NCBI GenBank assembly: GCA_002269645.1
Contig: NIVC01001655.1
Span: forward strand, 62,001-126,000
Reading direction: 5' to 3'
Length of the DNA stretch: 64,000 bases
DNA from: Macrostomum lignano
Lineage: Eukaryota
Position numbers and translations under genes: made by a program. Positions 22,914-37,088 of the stretch are shown in pieces; position 1 is the first letter of the stretch; each line of letters starts with the position of its first letter. Under the pieces are notes generated by a model. It was not told the DNA's origin. It worked only from the letters and a program-made list of their open reading frames with translations, and made no database searches.

Positions 22914-25900
22914 AAAATTATGAAATGATTCATACTAATTTTAAAGTAATTTCGCAAACTTTTTGAGTTTCTAAAAACTAATAAAAAATAAATTTAGATA
23001 AAGTAACACACATTTTTGTATGTCTCTCAGATCTTAGACAAAATTACTTAGACAGACGAAAAGGTTTTCAATTTTTTTATTATAAATATTAAATTCAGTT
23101 AACAACTTTGAATTGTAATTTTAACTTTACAGTTATAAAAGTTGATTTACAAAAGAGGCTAAACATCATTCAACATAAGATGTATATAGTATGCTGTATG
23201 CATATGCATCATTTTCAACAAAAAGTTTCCATACTTTACTAAAAAGTAGCTAATTATATTTAAAAACTATTCAAATACATGACCAGTATTCATTGTTATA
23301 GATACTTGACCATTATAATGTTAATATATATGATATGACTTTTCTAAAAAGAAAACAAATAAAAATTATCTTTTTCAGATGAAATCTGTAAATAACAATC
23401 CAAATACATGTCTTATTTGTCTACTAGACCACACGATTATTGATAAGGAACAAAATGGAATTAATTAGCTAGCTAATCGATTCTTAATAAATAATTAGTA
23501 AATAAATCATTATGATATGGCATATTGTTTGGCAGCGATGAGCGAAGCGAGTTAGCTGGCTTAATTCTGATATTAAATCAATGCAACCATAACGCTTCCT
23601 TGTAGGCCCTACTTGTACATATTTTTCACAAAAAGCGAGCTGTTGTCGCTGGGCAAACATTTTGATATTTTTAGTTAAGTTGCCATGTTATGGAGTGTTA
23701 GTCATATAGTAACTTAAAGGGAATTAGCTTTTAAAAGTGTTTATAATGCTTTGTCCAACTGTTATAGATAGGTCTCTCGTTTCTACAAAAATATATATGT
23801 TATTAAAGTCAATCTTGAACTAAGCGCTACATAAACGGTGTTGAATGTTACTATGATACAGTTAAGTAACAGTAATTTATTTTTTGTATGCTTTCAAGGA
23901 ATAATACTAGTTAAAAAGAAATACGATGCAAATATTTAACGCTGCCTTAATCTAAAGAAATAAAGTTTATTAAACTGTTTCGTTATAGTTTTCCTACGTA
24001 ATAAGCTTAAAACTGTAAAATATCGAATACAAAAGAGGAGAATATGGTTGCTGTTTGTGTCTTTATCTTATTGACACAATAAGATAAAGAAGTGTACAAT
24101 AAGTTACACAAGTTACAGAAGTTACACAATAAGTGTTTCTCTATTTAAAGAAAGCACTAAAAAGCAAAACAAAGACTTCAATTTCATAATGTTTGTAATT
24201 TTCACAACCACGGCCTGGCATGTTAAGAACCGATCATCCAATTCTTAGGATGCGACGGCTCCGACTGGGTTTTGGAGCCATGGGTCGAGCGTGAATTTTC
24301 TCGCCTGTATTATAGTCCCAGGGACTTAAGTAGTCCTAGCGTGGTACAACAGGATGTAAAAATTAATTATCGTGTATTAGGCCAATCCTGGAAAAATGCA
24401 CTGCGGAAATAGAAAATATTCTTTCTTTCTTCTGATATAGAAAGGATATTATCTCTTCATCACATATTTAGTGATTACATTAAATTGCGACCCCGCCGCG
24501 CTAAGGGTCATAAAACTCGGTAACTTAATGTGAATGAACATTCGACACTGCATGTGATGGGTTTCGACCTTCCGGCCCCCTTGTGGGGAAGCCTTCGGGC
24601 CTCAGGTCTCAGAAATAAATCAATTAGAGTCCTGCCCCCCCTCCTGTCAGATGGTCAGCCCCATGGTAGCTTGATCGTGTGGCGAGCAGTCTAGGTCCTA
24701 TGGCTAAGAGAGGAACAGTGAGAGACAAGCAGGGAGAATTTTGAAGGTAGAAATTAGTTAATCCGCAGATTAGCCAACTCGCTGCCACCAGCCCGTACGT
24801 CCTGGCTCACCACACCGGGACTCTCGAAATCAGGCTTCCGACTAGAAGGGGCTTTGCCCTTACTTGCCAACTATTTTTTTTGCGGTCAATCTCGAAGTCA
24901 TAGCCGATGTTAAGGGACACTGCTGGGACTAGATCGCATTGGCCATGCAGGTACAGAGGGGACTTGTGCAGGGGATTCTTGCAGTGGCGAGACTATGGGG
25001 TAGCTACATGTACTATTACATAGCTAAATACGAAGATATGTACTTTTGGCCTTCAACGCGCCAACCAGCCTCTCCTAGCGCTGATGATAGGCTAACTCGA
25101 ACTTCAGAGACCGCATGATTCGATCATTACCCGAGCCGCTTGGCGAACCTAGAGTGCACAGAGTACATCTCTGGCGCCGATTCTGCACTACTGGCTGTTT
25201 TGCTCACTGATTTGATAGATTGATCGAGTGAGAACTGCCTTGCCATTGGTCCACTGTGACCGGCGCCTACTAGCTTAGCTACTCATCTGAGCCATCGGCA
25301 AACAAAGAAATAAAACCGATAAAAATAACTGTCAGATTTAACCTTCTCCTCAGATCAATTCACACTTCAGATTGAATTGGAGTTTCAGACTACTAGCAGT
25401 ATTATTGAATGACTTCTGCCTCGATTACAGCACTACTGAACAAAATGAGCAAAAGTGTGCGCCTAATCCAGCTACTGAAACAGGGGACAGATAAGGAATC
25501 ACCCAATCAAGCAAGTCTAGGTAGCCTCTCCCAACGAATCAGAAACTCAACAGCCGAAGACCAGGTAATCCACAGTGACCGAATCGGCTTAGTGCTTCGC
25601 AGCTGTAGACCCGGGATGATGCTGATGTCACAATTTTCGCAGATAGCTAGCAGGTGATGTTGTTAATCTTGATGTTTGCTGCTGACGACCGGGGGATTCG
25701 TCCTTGATGATGATGGGGGGAGTCGTGATCCGGGGATCAAGAGACGACGGTCGAGCTCCGGGGATCAAGAGGTCTAAGTTAGGCCGAGATCCCAGGAGAG
25801 GTTTGGTCCAAGCGGGCCAAAAACACCGGTTCAAATAGCCGCCAACTGGACCGCAGTTTGTTATAATATAACACGTCAATTCTCATTGGCTGAGCCGATT

Positions 25901-26700
25901 TGTTAAAGAGCGCCGAATTTTCTGATTGGCTAAGCTTGTTGCTACCCAGAATCACGTGACCGGAAGGTCCTATCAGTTCCCACAGAGTCGTAAAAAGATG
26001 ACAGGTGCGGCCATAAATCAATCAAAATCGCAACAAAATGATTTATGACTTTTCGCGTAGGATTGACAGAAATTAATGAAAAAATATACATTAGAAAGCT
26101 CTTATTAAATAGAAAGTGAAGATAATGAAGAGAAATCACTAATCGCTAATCCCAAAGTACTTTTAGGGGTAAAACGCATAGCTGTCAAAGCTGTCACACG
26201 CTTGAGTGAACACGAACAATAGGCTCTGACCTCATAAATCTTGATGGCCTGTCAAAATGATGAGAAAAAAGCTACTGCCCGCATCCTCTCAGACCATCTG
26301 GCGCCCGCCTCAACCCTGAGTGAGGCGCAGGTGGCTGTCAGACCAGCTTCGAAAGCGATGATTTATGACCCAAAAAGCTGTGCCTATGTTATTATGACTA
26401 CTAGTATGACCAAACATTATATCTAGTATAGATTCTATGACTATTCGCAGAAAAAGGATAAAAATTAAAAATGCCCATTGCCCACTGTTAGTAGGCTAGT
26501 AAGTTTAGAGCCCATGTGCTAGCGTGGGATTTGGAAAAAAGTGAGTCCTCATCACATGTACATTGGCAAGGAGAGGCCTAAATGGTTGAACTGAACAATT
26601 AGGTAATAAAACGGAGCGCCCATTAGAAGCATTAAAAACGTTTTTTGAATATAAGACCCACTTCCAAATCGAATTTTTCATCAAAAAAGTTATCAAAAAA

Positions 26701-26720
26701 ACAGACAGACACAGACAGAC

Positions 26721-26767
<47 letters not shown>

Positions 26768-26770
26768 GGC

Positions 26771-26827
<57 letters not shown>

Positions 26828-26918
26828 CAAAGACAGACAGACAGACACAAAGACAGACAGACAGACAGACAGACACAAAGACAGACAGACAGACACAAAG
26901 ACAGACAGACAGACACAA

Positions 26919-26959
<41 letters not shown>

Positions 26960-27002
26960 CAAAGACAGACAGACAGACACAAAGACAGACAGACAGACAC
27001 AA

Positions 27003-27085
<83 letters not shown>

Positions 27086-27118
27086 AAGACAGACAGACAG
27101 ACAGACACACAGACAGAC

Positions 27119-27191
<73 letters not shown>

Positions 27192-27224
27192 AAGACAGAC
27201 AGACAGACAGACACACAGACAGAC

Positions 27225-27277
<53 letters not shown>

Positions 27278-27298
27278 AAGACAGACGGACAGACACAG
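26701..27298. repeat. (CAGA)n microsatellite, ~600 bp
   Basis: Read directly. Confidence 0.98.
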
Positions 27299-28016
27299 CG
27301 CAAAATTAGTATATATATTTGATATGGGGCAGGGAAGCTTACCATTCTTTTAATTTAGCATCCACAACATATGTTACCATGTGATATTTTATACGGCTAT
27401 GAAAGATTTATCTCCATATTACATGTATTTACCGTGACTTAGTTTGTTAAAAACCAGTCTGATAAGTCTATTTCGAGTGCTGAAGTAGGCGGTACCCTTC
27501 CTAGAATATGTTCCCTACAACCAGCATTAGATGTTAACATTTTAGATTGCAGGATCGCTAGATCTCGCTCACTTATCATCGACAGCCATGAAGGAGCTGG
27601 AAACTTGCGGGAGGCACTTGGCTATCTGCGGTGTTGCAAAACAGAAAAAATAAAGCAACAAACACGTATAGCGGACTAATTGGAGCCTCCTCTGCTAGGT
27701 TGCGCATATAACTATTCGTACAGATTGTGTACAGCTCTTGCACATCTGCGTTTCTGCACTCAAACGGGCTTTTGTTAAGGCTAACTCATGATAATGTTCT
27801 CTCAAATAGTAAACCTCGTGTACAGGCCTGTCTGTTCTATATTTCTGTGCCTTCGTTAAACCTCCGTTTCTGTTTTCTCATTACTGTTGTACCGTCTCTA
27901 TCGGCACAAGCACGAGCATTATAAATCATGCAGCTTATGCGCAAGTATCTGATAAAACGAGAAGTCGGGCTTATAGTCAGCAGCCGAGCAACTCTGCGAA
28001 CGAAAGCTGGATAGAA

Positions 28017-31000
28017 ATGGCCGCATGTAATCGGCAGAGCAGCCACGAAAGTGACCAGGTAATTAACTACAACCACCTCTTTTCTGACTGACTCGGCACA
28101 TCCTTGCTAGCTGTACCAAATGCGGTCCGCAAAGTCTCTCTATCCGGCCCTCAGGTCCTTTGTAACTTTACAATTAGCAATCCGGTCTGCTTAGGGTTTG
28201 TGTCTGTTGTCAGCTTCCTTCTCTCTAATATCCTTTATCTTTTCTTTTCTCACCTTTTATCCTTCTCTCCTCTCATTTCTCTTATCTCCTCATTCCCCCT
28301 CCTCTCCTTCTCCTCTCCTCTTTTCCTTCCTCTCCTTTCTCCTCTCCATTCTCTCCTCTCTCGTCTAATTTTCCCCTCTCTTCTCCTAAATTCCCTCGCC
28401 CCTCCTTTCTTCTCTCTGTCTTCTCTCTTTTCTATTCCCTCTCCTCTCTCCACTCCTTTGGCTTGCAGTCATACACTATACACTCGGCTCTCTATCTGGT
28501 CTTTGAGGTAAGCTAAGTTTGGCGACCCCTACAGCAGAAAGTTTCTTAAATGTCCAAGCGTTCAACATGAAGACAGAAAGAAGCGTCAATCTGGATAGGT
28601 TTGAACTATAGAATAGAATAGAAAAGACGCATAGGGTTACAGAATCCTAGCGCGCACGCGTTCGCAAAACAGCTCAGAGGGGCAGAGAGCAGTGTTACTC
28701 GGGGTCAGGTCAAGGTCTCTGAGGTCGTCAGTCAGAGCCTGGATTAGCGTGGCAGCACGGCCTTGGCCGCCTCGAAGCCGTTCTCACGGTGGGTGAAGCA
28801 ACGCCATCGCGAGAGGGTTCACTTCACCGCGACCGTGCCGTCGCAGAACGTGGCCGGCGAGGGTTCGTCGCCGCCACCGCAGGACAACGCTGAGAGGCGG
28901 AAGGCCGTTGCGCCGGTCGAGATCGCGGTTCGAGATGGTCTCGGGGAATCGGATGCCGAGTGTGTAGCGGAGAAGCGCCCGGTAGATGCCGTTTAGCGCG
29001 TTTTCTCGGGTGGTGGTCACCGGTACGGCTTCCAGTCCGTAGAGCAGGATCGGTTCGACTGTGGCGCGGAAAAGCTTGATCTTGAGGGCGTCAGGCGCTG
29101 CGGAGCTGAACATAGGGCTGATCTTGACTGCAGCACGCCAGGCTTGTGCTTTCGTAGGTTTGAACTAATTGAACAACTAGGAAATATGGGAATATGGATG
29201 AAAGCAGTCTGTACAGAACTTTATCTAAGTGTCCTACACTCGCATTTAGAATAGACGATTTTTATTCAATACGCTTCGCAGGAAACCGCTAGTCTGCTGG
29301 ACCCCGCGAGTTCGGAGTCAGCTGATGGCCAGCCAATTGAGGCCAGTCCCATTTGCAAGCTAAAATGCCTCGTCCTTGGTCTGGTTATCGTTGCCATCGG
29401 GGTCGTTGCCTCGCTGAACGAAGGCGCCGCGACCTACCAGGAGAAGCACGAGATCCCGCTCAACAAAAGTAACTGGCCATGGCACCAGAGAGACAACCCA
29501 AACTTGTGGGTCTGCTGGGTTATCAAGTGCATTCAATTGTTGATGGGCATTGCCTCAATGGTCTTCCTGAACAAAAGAGTAATGCAAGAAGGCAGAATTA
29601 CCAATGCTATTTATCAAAACCCGGCTCTACCGCAGTTACGATATTTGCTGGGAAATTTGCGTCGATTTCAAGAACTGCCAGAGAACTTTTCCAACTATCC
29701 AACCAAAATGTTTATTTCAATATTCATCATATTTGCCATCCTTGGCATAGTCTGTGCCATTGCTGAGACAATTAGCGACCTCATCGAGGCAATTGATCCT
29801 AATGTATACGAGATGCTGCCGTACGCGGATGTACTGCGCTGTGTCCTGCTGTTTGCATTCATACTACTGCAGGCTTGGTTCTTTACTAAAAACAATCGGA
29901 TGTGTCTGAATTGGAAGCTGAACGGAGCCTGGGTAGCCATGACAATTATACTGGCTACCAATGTGTCATTGTGGTTCTTCTACATCTCCTATGAAATTTC
30001 CAAGATAGCCGGGGAAAACCACACTTGCCATACCAATGAAACAACGAGGAAGAAACTTCACGAGAGCTTTGATATGATAGTCGAGATCATGTTCCCGTTT
30101 CTGATTGAATTCTTTCTCATGGGAGCCATACTGGCAGCCAGTTTCTTGTCTAACATTGGGCGGCTGAGCTGTATTTTAAAACAGCTGCAGCAGAGTGTCC
30201 CCTATCTGACTAACGACGCTATTCGGGACAAGCTGTTCAGCTCGTCGGCTGCTCAACGAAGTCTAAGAAATTTCAAATACCATCTTCGTAAACACCTGCG
30301 CAGCCTGCTCTTAGGCATCGCGTTGGCCGGTTCAGCTATCCTCATCTCCTTGATGATGAAACTGTTTACATGCGAAAGAGAACCGTGGCACCTCCTGACA
30401 CTCTACATTCTGGCCGTACTATTCGTGGCCGGATCGGTATGCTGCGTTGTGCTGCTGCGAGCCTTCAGGGCAGCTGGAGAAGCTACGGTTGAGACGAAGG
30501 CTCGAACTGCGGCAGACAGGCTGATGCTCTGGTTCTGTGTTGTGGCCGTAGTAGTAAATGACCTGAACCGGTTATGGGGCTTGTTTCAGAGTGACAAGCC
30601 ACTCTACAATGCTATTGGCACCGGTTTGGTTATTGTGTTTGACATCGTACAGAGCGTGCTGCAAGTTTACGTGCTCGAGTGCATCCTGCTGAGGCGGATT
30701 AAGTCCACGAACGTGCAGGTTGGCGGCAGTCACAGTTGGGGCGCTCGCTTACTCACCGTTCTCATGGTGATCAATGCGCTTGAGTGGCTGGTCAGCGCCG
30801 TAGCCTTCAGTCTGTTTTTCTTCACCAGCAACAGCCAAAGAAGTGCAGCCACCATGGCTCTGGTAGTGATTAGCGCACCTCTGCAGGTGTTCTTCCGGTT
30901 TCATTCGGTTGGCTGCATCCATGAATTTCGGAAGCACTGTCGCGAGGTCAACGAGCCGAGAAGGCCAGTACCGCCCAGCATCCCGATCGACTTCCCGAGC

Positions 31001-31030
31001 ATAACACCTCGGTATGGAGCTGTGGTATGA
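28017..31030 (+). CDS. Otopetrin-like proton channel, copy 1 (2 exons, 596 aa)
   Basis: Exon 28017-28058 (MAACNRQSSHESDQ, donor GTAATT) and exon 29282-31030; multi-TM protein with otopetrin motifs ILATNVSLW, FPFLIEF, FFRFHS; same architecture as copy 2. Confidence 0.85.
28100..28531. mobile_element. hAT-like MITE with CT microsatellite in the otopetrin copy 1 intron
   Basis: Arm homologous (inverted) to 14105-14225; terminus AAGTTTGGCGACCCCT; a remnant sits at the orthologous intron position in copy 2 (38885-39130). Confidence 0.65.
28740..29150 (-). mobile_element. RTE-type non-LTR retrotransposon fragment (C-terminal part of the RT ORF)
   Basis: KIKLFRATVEPILLYGLEA...LLRYTLGIRFPETISN...LAGHVLR matches the post-RT motif pattern of RTE/CR1-type LINEs; absent from the copy 2 intron. 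Confidence 0.8.
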
Positions 31031-32399
31031 TCTGCCGTAACTCGACGCAATTCTGTCACATTATGCACAACTTTCTGCGGTTTCGATATTATCCCGGAGA
31101 CAACCTTTTAACTAAACTAAACGTCCTGTAAATGTGTTTATCGGATAACTGTTTGGATTTTTAATTTTTTTTGCCACGATTTTTCCAGAAAGTTGAACAT
31201 CTTATTTATTACGCTGACTAAGACGAAGTGGTTATTCGACCATCTATTCAGTTCATCAGGCCTTGCCTCTGTTTATCGGTTTTTCTCTTTTACTTTATAG
31301 TTCAGCAGGGTTGTTCTGATTATCTCTCTCCCACGCTGGCGCCAGCACGAGTATAAGGAGCTCCAATTTTTAAGCTAAGGGGCGCAAAGAATGCGTGTAG
31401 GGGGCGAAAAGTCAAGCTTAGGGGCGCAAAGATTGCGTGTAGGGGGCGAAAAGTCAAGCGAAAAGTGTAGCGGGCAATTCTCGGTAAGCAAATCTGGACG
31501 GGCAATTAGTCTGCGAGCATTTCTCATGGACCCGAGTAGGTGTCAGTGTCAGAATCGAGGTTAAATTTACATACAGTCAACAACAATTGGGAGTGTTGGT
31601 TTCGAAAAAGTTCAGTTTTAACAACAAAAGACCGGCTACACTGCAGTGTAAAACCTGAATTCCGTTCAGTCCCAGTTTAACAACAGTAGTAGTAGGGCGA
31701 ATCATGATACTGCCGCATATGCACTGGCGAGATAGGCGGCAAAAAGGATAGGAAAAATACACTGCGGAGAGGGATCCTATCTCTATGCAATGGGTCCTTG
31801 GGGGACGGCTAAACAATGCGTTTTTGGCTTGTATTCAGGGCCCTAACCGGGGGGGGGGCAAGACGGGCCGCGGCCCCCCCCAATCGGCTGACAAAACTTT
31901 GCGGCGCCCCCTCCCATCAGCGGGTCTTGGTCGTCACTAAGTTGACGGGGGAGCTCAGCGCTTTGCACAAGGGCCGGGGCAGAGGGATAGCGCCCAAGAC
32001 CACGGGTGAGGATCTAGCCCCCAAACCTTGACCTAGGGCCCACGCAGGAGGGGGCTCAAGCTAACCCTGGCAGGGTTAGAACTATAAGGGGAGGGGACGA
32101 GAAACGCACTTTAGAAGGAGAGGGGCGTGCCACGCGCGTGCCAAGAAAGTACATCAGTAGCATCTTGGGCGGCATGTGAGTTAAACTCTGTTACTCGCTC
32201 TTAAGTCTTAAGTTCTTGGTTTCCTACAGACAGACAGACAAACTTTACTGTGTCTTTGTGTCTTTACTACTTTACTGTGGCTTTACTGTGTTTTTTGTAG
32301 ACATTTTAGGGACAAGCACGAGTCCCATCTGAATTAGTAATTCGCAAGGCGAAAAATTAAGGCAAAAATATTTATGGAGACTAATATAAAATAATCTAA

Positions 32400-35245
32400 T
32401 GCACCTGGAGAGGCTATCCAGGCTTCTCGAAACAAGAGAAAAATTTCCGGGCTTAAATCGTCGTCTAAAGAAAGCAAAGCTTCCAACAGCCTGCGCATCA
32501 GGCTGCCAAAAGCTAACATCCATTTTAAAGGTTGTCAGCAAAACTTCTGACTCTGGTCTTGCGTCTGGCGCTGGTGACGGCGCCCATTCTGCCGGTGATG
32601 GCGCCCATTCGTCCGGTGACGGCGCCCACCAAGCCGCCGGTTCGACTTCTACATGCTCACTTTTGTCATCAAGCTGTCATTCAGCATCTGCTGTGAGAGA
32701 TATCGACCTTGCGGTGCAGAAGTCGGAGGTCCTTTCAAGTGAGGAACGAAGTTATTTTTGGCAGCACTGGAGACCCATTTAAGAAGAGTGTTGTGGGTGC
32801 GCGACCATGCGTACTTAACTCTATGTTCAGTGTGCGGCCCGTCGGGCACGTTGATTTGCGAAACGCGTTACGCTATAATCTAACATCCAATTTTTCTCAC
32901 AGCGTGCATGTTAATGTATAAATACAGGCCGTGGTCCGGCGAGACTCACTAAGTTTTTTTTCTATCAACCAAACCTACGCGTTCAAGACACAACAAAGAG
33001 GATTACCCATTTTCTCTTCACCATGTTCAGGGGCGTTCACGTAAAAGAAAGCTGCTTCCTGTACACCTTGAGCGCTTTCCGTGGTTGTCGGTGAGCAAAA
33101 TTTCTGAATTAGAAGGTGCATTCTGTACACGTTGTGTTCTTTTTCCTTGGGCACTGGAGTTGGTGGCCGCAGCAACGGTTGTGGACAGAAAGCTCGTGCA
33201 CCTGTTTTGTTGCCTCTAGAGAGGTTTGATGATTTTACAGGAAAACAAGGTGTACTCTCACTGCATGAAAAAAGCGCATACCATATTGCAAACTATGAAA
33301 AAATGAAGGAGTATGGCAGGCGCGTTCACAATGGAGAAAAAGACCAGGACATCCGTTCGCAGCTTTAGACCGCAAGGCAGCAGATCACAAAAAATCATGC
33401 AGGTCTAATACCAATTATTGACTTCATCCTGACATGTGCTCGACAGAACATCGCTCTCCGAGGTCATCGCGGGGAGAATTAGCCACTTCTGTTAGATGGT
33501 GGCGAGCCTGAAATGAACGATGGGAACTTTCGCGCGCTGTTGCGTTACCGAGCTCGAGGTGGGGATGCTGCTCTTGTAAACCATGTGAGTCACGCAGCTG
33601 CCAATGCTTCTTATCTTTTTCCACAGATCCAAAATGATGTCCTCGATGTAGCCTTGAAGTTGTTGAGAGAGATCATCCTGCGAGTTCAGAATGCTGAATG
33701 CTGGGCTTTGATAGTTGATGAGACCATGGATTTGCAGAAGAGAGAGCAGCTTGGGATCGTTGCCCGCTACCTGTTCGTCGCCGCTGACGGCTCTGTGCAG
33801 CAGAATGAGGAGCCTGTGTCAATGCTAGAGCTTGTGTCTGACATTGGCAGCACCGACTCATGGGAAGATGTTCGGCTTAGTGGTGAGAAGATTGCCGCTG
33901 CAATTTTTCGTCGGCTGGAGGCGATTGGACTTGACGTTACGCGATGCGTGGCTCAGTGCTATGATGGCGCCTCTGCGATGGCCAGTGAGAGGGTTGGAGT
34001 CGCAGCACACATCCAGAGACAAGCTCCTCAGACCGATTACTTCTACTGCTTGGCTCATTGGCTAAATCTGAGCGCAGTACGTGCCGTTAAAATTCCGACT
34101 GTCAGAAACTCGCTAGGCGTGATTCAAGAAGTTGTAGCTGCATTTCGGTCCAGTGGGAAAAGAACTTTCCTACTCAAAGCAGATAATCCAAGAGTCAGAT
34201 GAGACTGTCGGATCAAAGCGCCAGCTTGCGAGCCTGTGCGAGACGCGATTTTTGGAGCGTCACACTGCAGTTGTTACGTTTCGTCAGCTTTTCAGTCATG
34301 TTGTAGATGCTCTGGAAGAAATGAAGACCTGGCGTGGATCGGGGGCAGCTCGATCGGCAAAAACTTTGCATGCTGCTGTTCACAACTTTGATTTTATCGT
34401 CGGTATGATAGTCCTGGAAAATCTTGCTGGATTGCTTCTGCCTGTGTCTCGAAGGCTTCAAGCTGCAGACAGTGAGCTTGTCGAGTCCGTCCATGAGGTA
34501 AATGAAGTACTGTCATTGCTGAAGGTTCAGCGAAGTGAGAAGCAGCTTCACGATTTATTTAGAGAGGCGCGGGCTCTCGCACCCAAGCTTGACATAGATC
34601 AGAAAATACCTCGACAGGGACGCCCTGTGGCTCGTTTCAGAATGCGCACGTGAAGCAGATGCAGTCGCAGGTTGTTGTTAGTAGTGTAGAAGACTACTAC
34701 AGAACTGCTGTGTATTTTCCGGCGGTAGATGTTATTAAAGACGACATCAAGCTGCGATTTGGAGTCCACAGCAGCGTGCCTTTAATCTAGGTTGTCTTCT
34801 ACCAGCAAATTTTAATGACACAAAATTAGACGCGCAACTTGCTCTTGTCCAGGAAGCAGCAAAGAAGTACAGCAGTTTGTTAGCAGATCCGTTTGCTGTG
34901 CTTAAGCAAGAGTACCTGCTGTGGCGTCAGCAGTGGTCAACAGCGGCTTCTGAAGAGCGTCCAGGCACTGCGGTACTATCTTTGCGAGCCTGCAGGAACG
35001 TGAAGTTTCCTATCATTTATCGCCTACTGTCTATCTATGACACTCTGCCTGTGTAAACCTGCGAGCCAGAGATGGTATTCTCTAAGCTGAAGCAGACACT
35101 CATTTCAAGTTGTCGCAGCATGATGGGTGAAGAGCGCTTGGAATCACTACTTCTGCTTCAGTGCCATCGTAGTGACTGCCCCACTCCGACGGAGGTTCTG
35201 AACTCTTTCGCTACGTCGGCTCGTCGATTAAAATTGCTCCTGTAA
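32400..35245 (+). pseudogene. Degenerate hAT transposase (ZMYM1/THAP12-like, Tip100-type) with stops and frameshifts
   Basis: Across frames: FPWL...GAFCTRCVLF (TTF-like zinc finger), NIALRGH, GNFRALL, LIVDETMD, QCYDGASAM, CLAHWLNL, LCETRFLERH, C-terminal dimerisation TLPV*TC...EERLESLLLL; in-frame stops at ~33366 and ~34200. Possible left end CAGGGCCCTAACCGGGGGG at ~31836; right TIR not found. Confidence 0.9.
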
Positions 35246-37088
35246 GAGGTACCTGATTCGAGCAGCCAACAAATGCTCGTATAGTTTTCGGTACGAGATA
35301 TAACTATGACTAAAATGTAGGTTGATCAATTAATATTTTACTGCTATGCTTTTGTCTAGTTGTGTAGTCATTTCGTAATCACACTTTTACTGTTATTGAT
35401 TTGATCTAATCGCAAGGCTTACAAAATGCCTTTGAGGATATCACTACGTGGCCTACCGTACATGACCTTTAGTGCTTAATTATTGGTAGTTTTATTTGCG
35501 CATTTAAATTCGTAAGTACGCGTTTATATAGCTAGCTTGGACTATTTCTCATTTGTTTTTGACAGCTGTAATCACATTTTTTAGGTCTGAAGAGTTGTTT
35601 CGGGAGGTGATCAGTCTCCCGAAAACTCCCACTTCCAGACACTTAAGCCTGGGAACAAATTTAACGTGTTCACTTACTGTGGCGGGCTCTTCTTCTGTGT
35701 CGGGCAGGTTCTCCGAGCTCGTTCCTTGTTTCTTCCTTGTGGCGCGCGTTTATAGAGTTCGCTTCTACCAATCTTCTTCTTCTCCGGAGGAATCTTCTTG
35801 AAGTCTTCGAAGTCCAAAGTCGGCCGAGAGTGAGAGCAGAACAGTGAAGTCGACGTCGAAATATCTCCTCGAGTGCCAAATCAATATCAACAGTGCGCCC
35901 TAATAAACTCAAAATTCTAACGCGAGGTCCTCCAAAGGGGGCGTCTTCTTCTAGATCTAACGGAATCGGAGTCGTGTTCTCCTATCGGTTAATCTAGGAT
36001 AATCCAAATCAACAGTCAATAATCCTCTAAGGGTATCGGAATCGGTCCGCAGATCCTATCCAATCCCTTAGGAAAATGGGAGGCATCTAATAGTGTCAGT
36101 AAAGTCAGTGGATCAACAACGGCCGGCCGGCAATAAAATTGCTCTCAATTAATCAAAATAACGAAGACTTGAACAACGCTTCTCAATTGATACGCTTCTC
36201 TCCCAGAGATATAGCCTCGATTAGTTGCTCTAACTAACCACAAGATCTTTTGAGGCTGCTCCGAGTCTGAGGTTTCAGCTCGGATTTTACGCTTATATTT
36301 ATAGTCGAAATTTTGGCATATACTTAGTAGCGCGACTCATATTTCATCAGATTTCAACTTATTTCATCATATTTCACCATAGTTGCAATGTATTTCACCA
36401 TAGTTGCAACTTGTCTCATGATTCGTGGTACGTTGTATTCACTGTCTTAAAGTAGAGTATGACAATTTGCAATTTTTATAACATTCAAGTTTTTCGCATT
36501 TTTATGTTACTACTTACAGTAGTTTACTTGTATTGTTTCTGGAGATCTCTACAGGTCTTTTAGAAGTTTAAAATATTGTGAGTAATCCTCAATCATCTGT
36601 AACTGTCAACAATAAATATATATATATGTATATTATATATATATATATGATACTGTTGAATGATACTGTTGAATATGATCTGCTATGGTCAAAAACAAAT
36701 TCTTTATTTGATGAGAAAAATGCAAAAAGTGGCAAAGTTTAAACACCTCGTCAGTGTGGTACCTTTTCGAGAGAATTGTCCATTATGTTTCGCTTCTTTT
36801 TTGTCTGTCGGTGGCCTCTTACCATTTCCATGGTGGAGCACCCAATGGGGTGATCTATCCAATATCCAATAAACGTTAAAACTTTATTTTCTCCAACTGT
36901 CACTTTCCTTTTTTCTCTTTTCTTGATGCACATATTTTTGTTATCGCGACAGTAGAATCGTTTATTTTCGGATTTGACAAGCGTCTTGCGATACTTTTGA
37001 TGATGGGCTAAATACTCGGATGTTTTAGAAGCGTTACATAGCTTTCTGCCAAGGAAAATAAATAAAAATAGGAAGTTTATCCCTTTTT

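Noticed and set aside
24200-26170. Higher-complexity intergenic segment suggestive of a decayed mobile element
   Set aside because: No LTR, TIR, TSD or recognisable protein motif could be identified by eye.
26505-27345. SVCL-repeat ORFs (also 13653-14267, 46500-47285, 63615-63941)
   Set aside because: Microsatellite or minisatellite translations.
31195-31290. Hammerhead-like CTGATGA...CGAA motif on the minus strand (also 25079 on +)
   Set aside because: GAAA core absent, no stem I pairing found, and the paralogous copy at ~41240 reads TTAATGA.
35594-36330. Hairpin TTTCGGGAG/CTCCCGAAA at 35598-35624 and an Arg-rich 80-aa minus ORF
   Set aside because: Single short stem and low-complexity ORF without homology or consistent splice structure.
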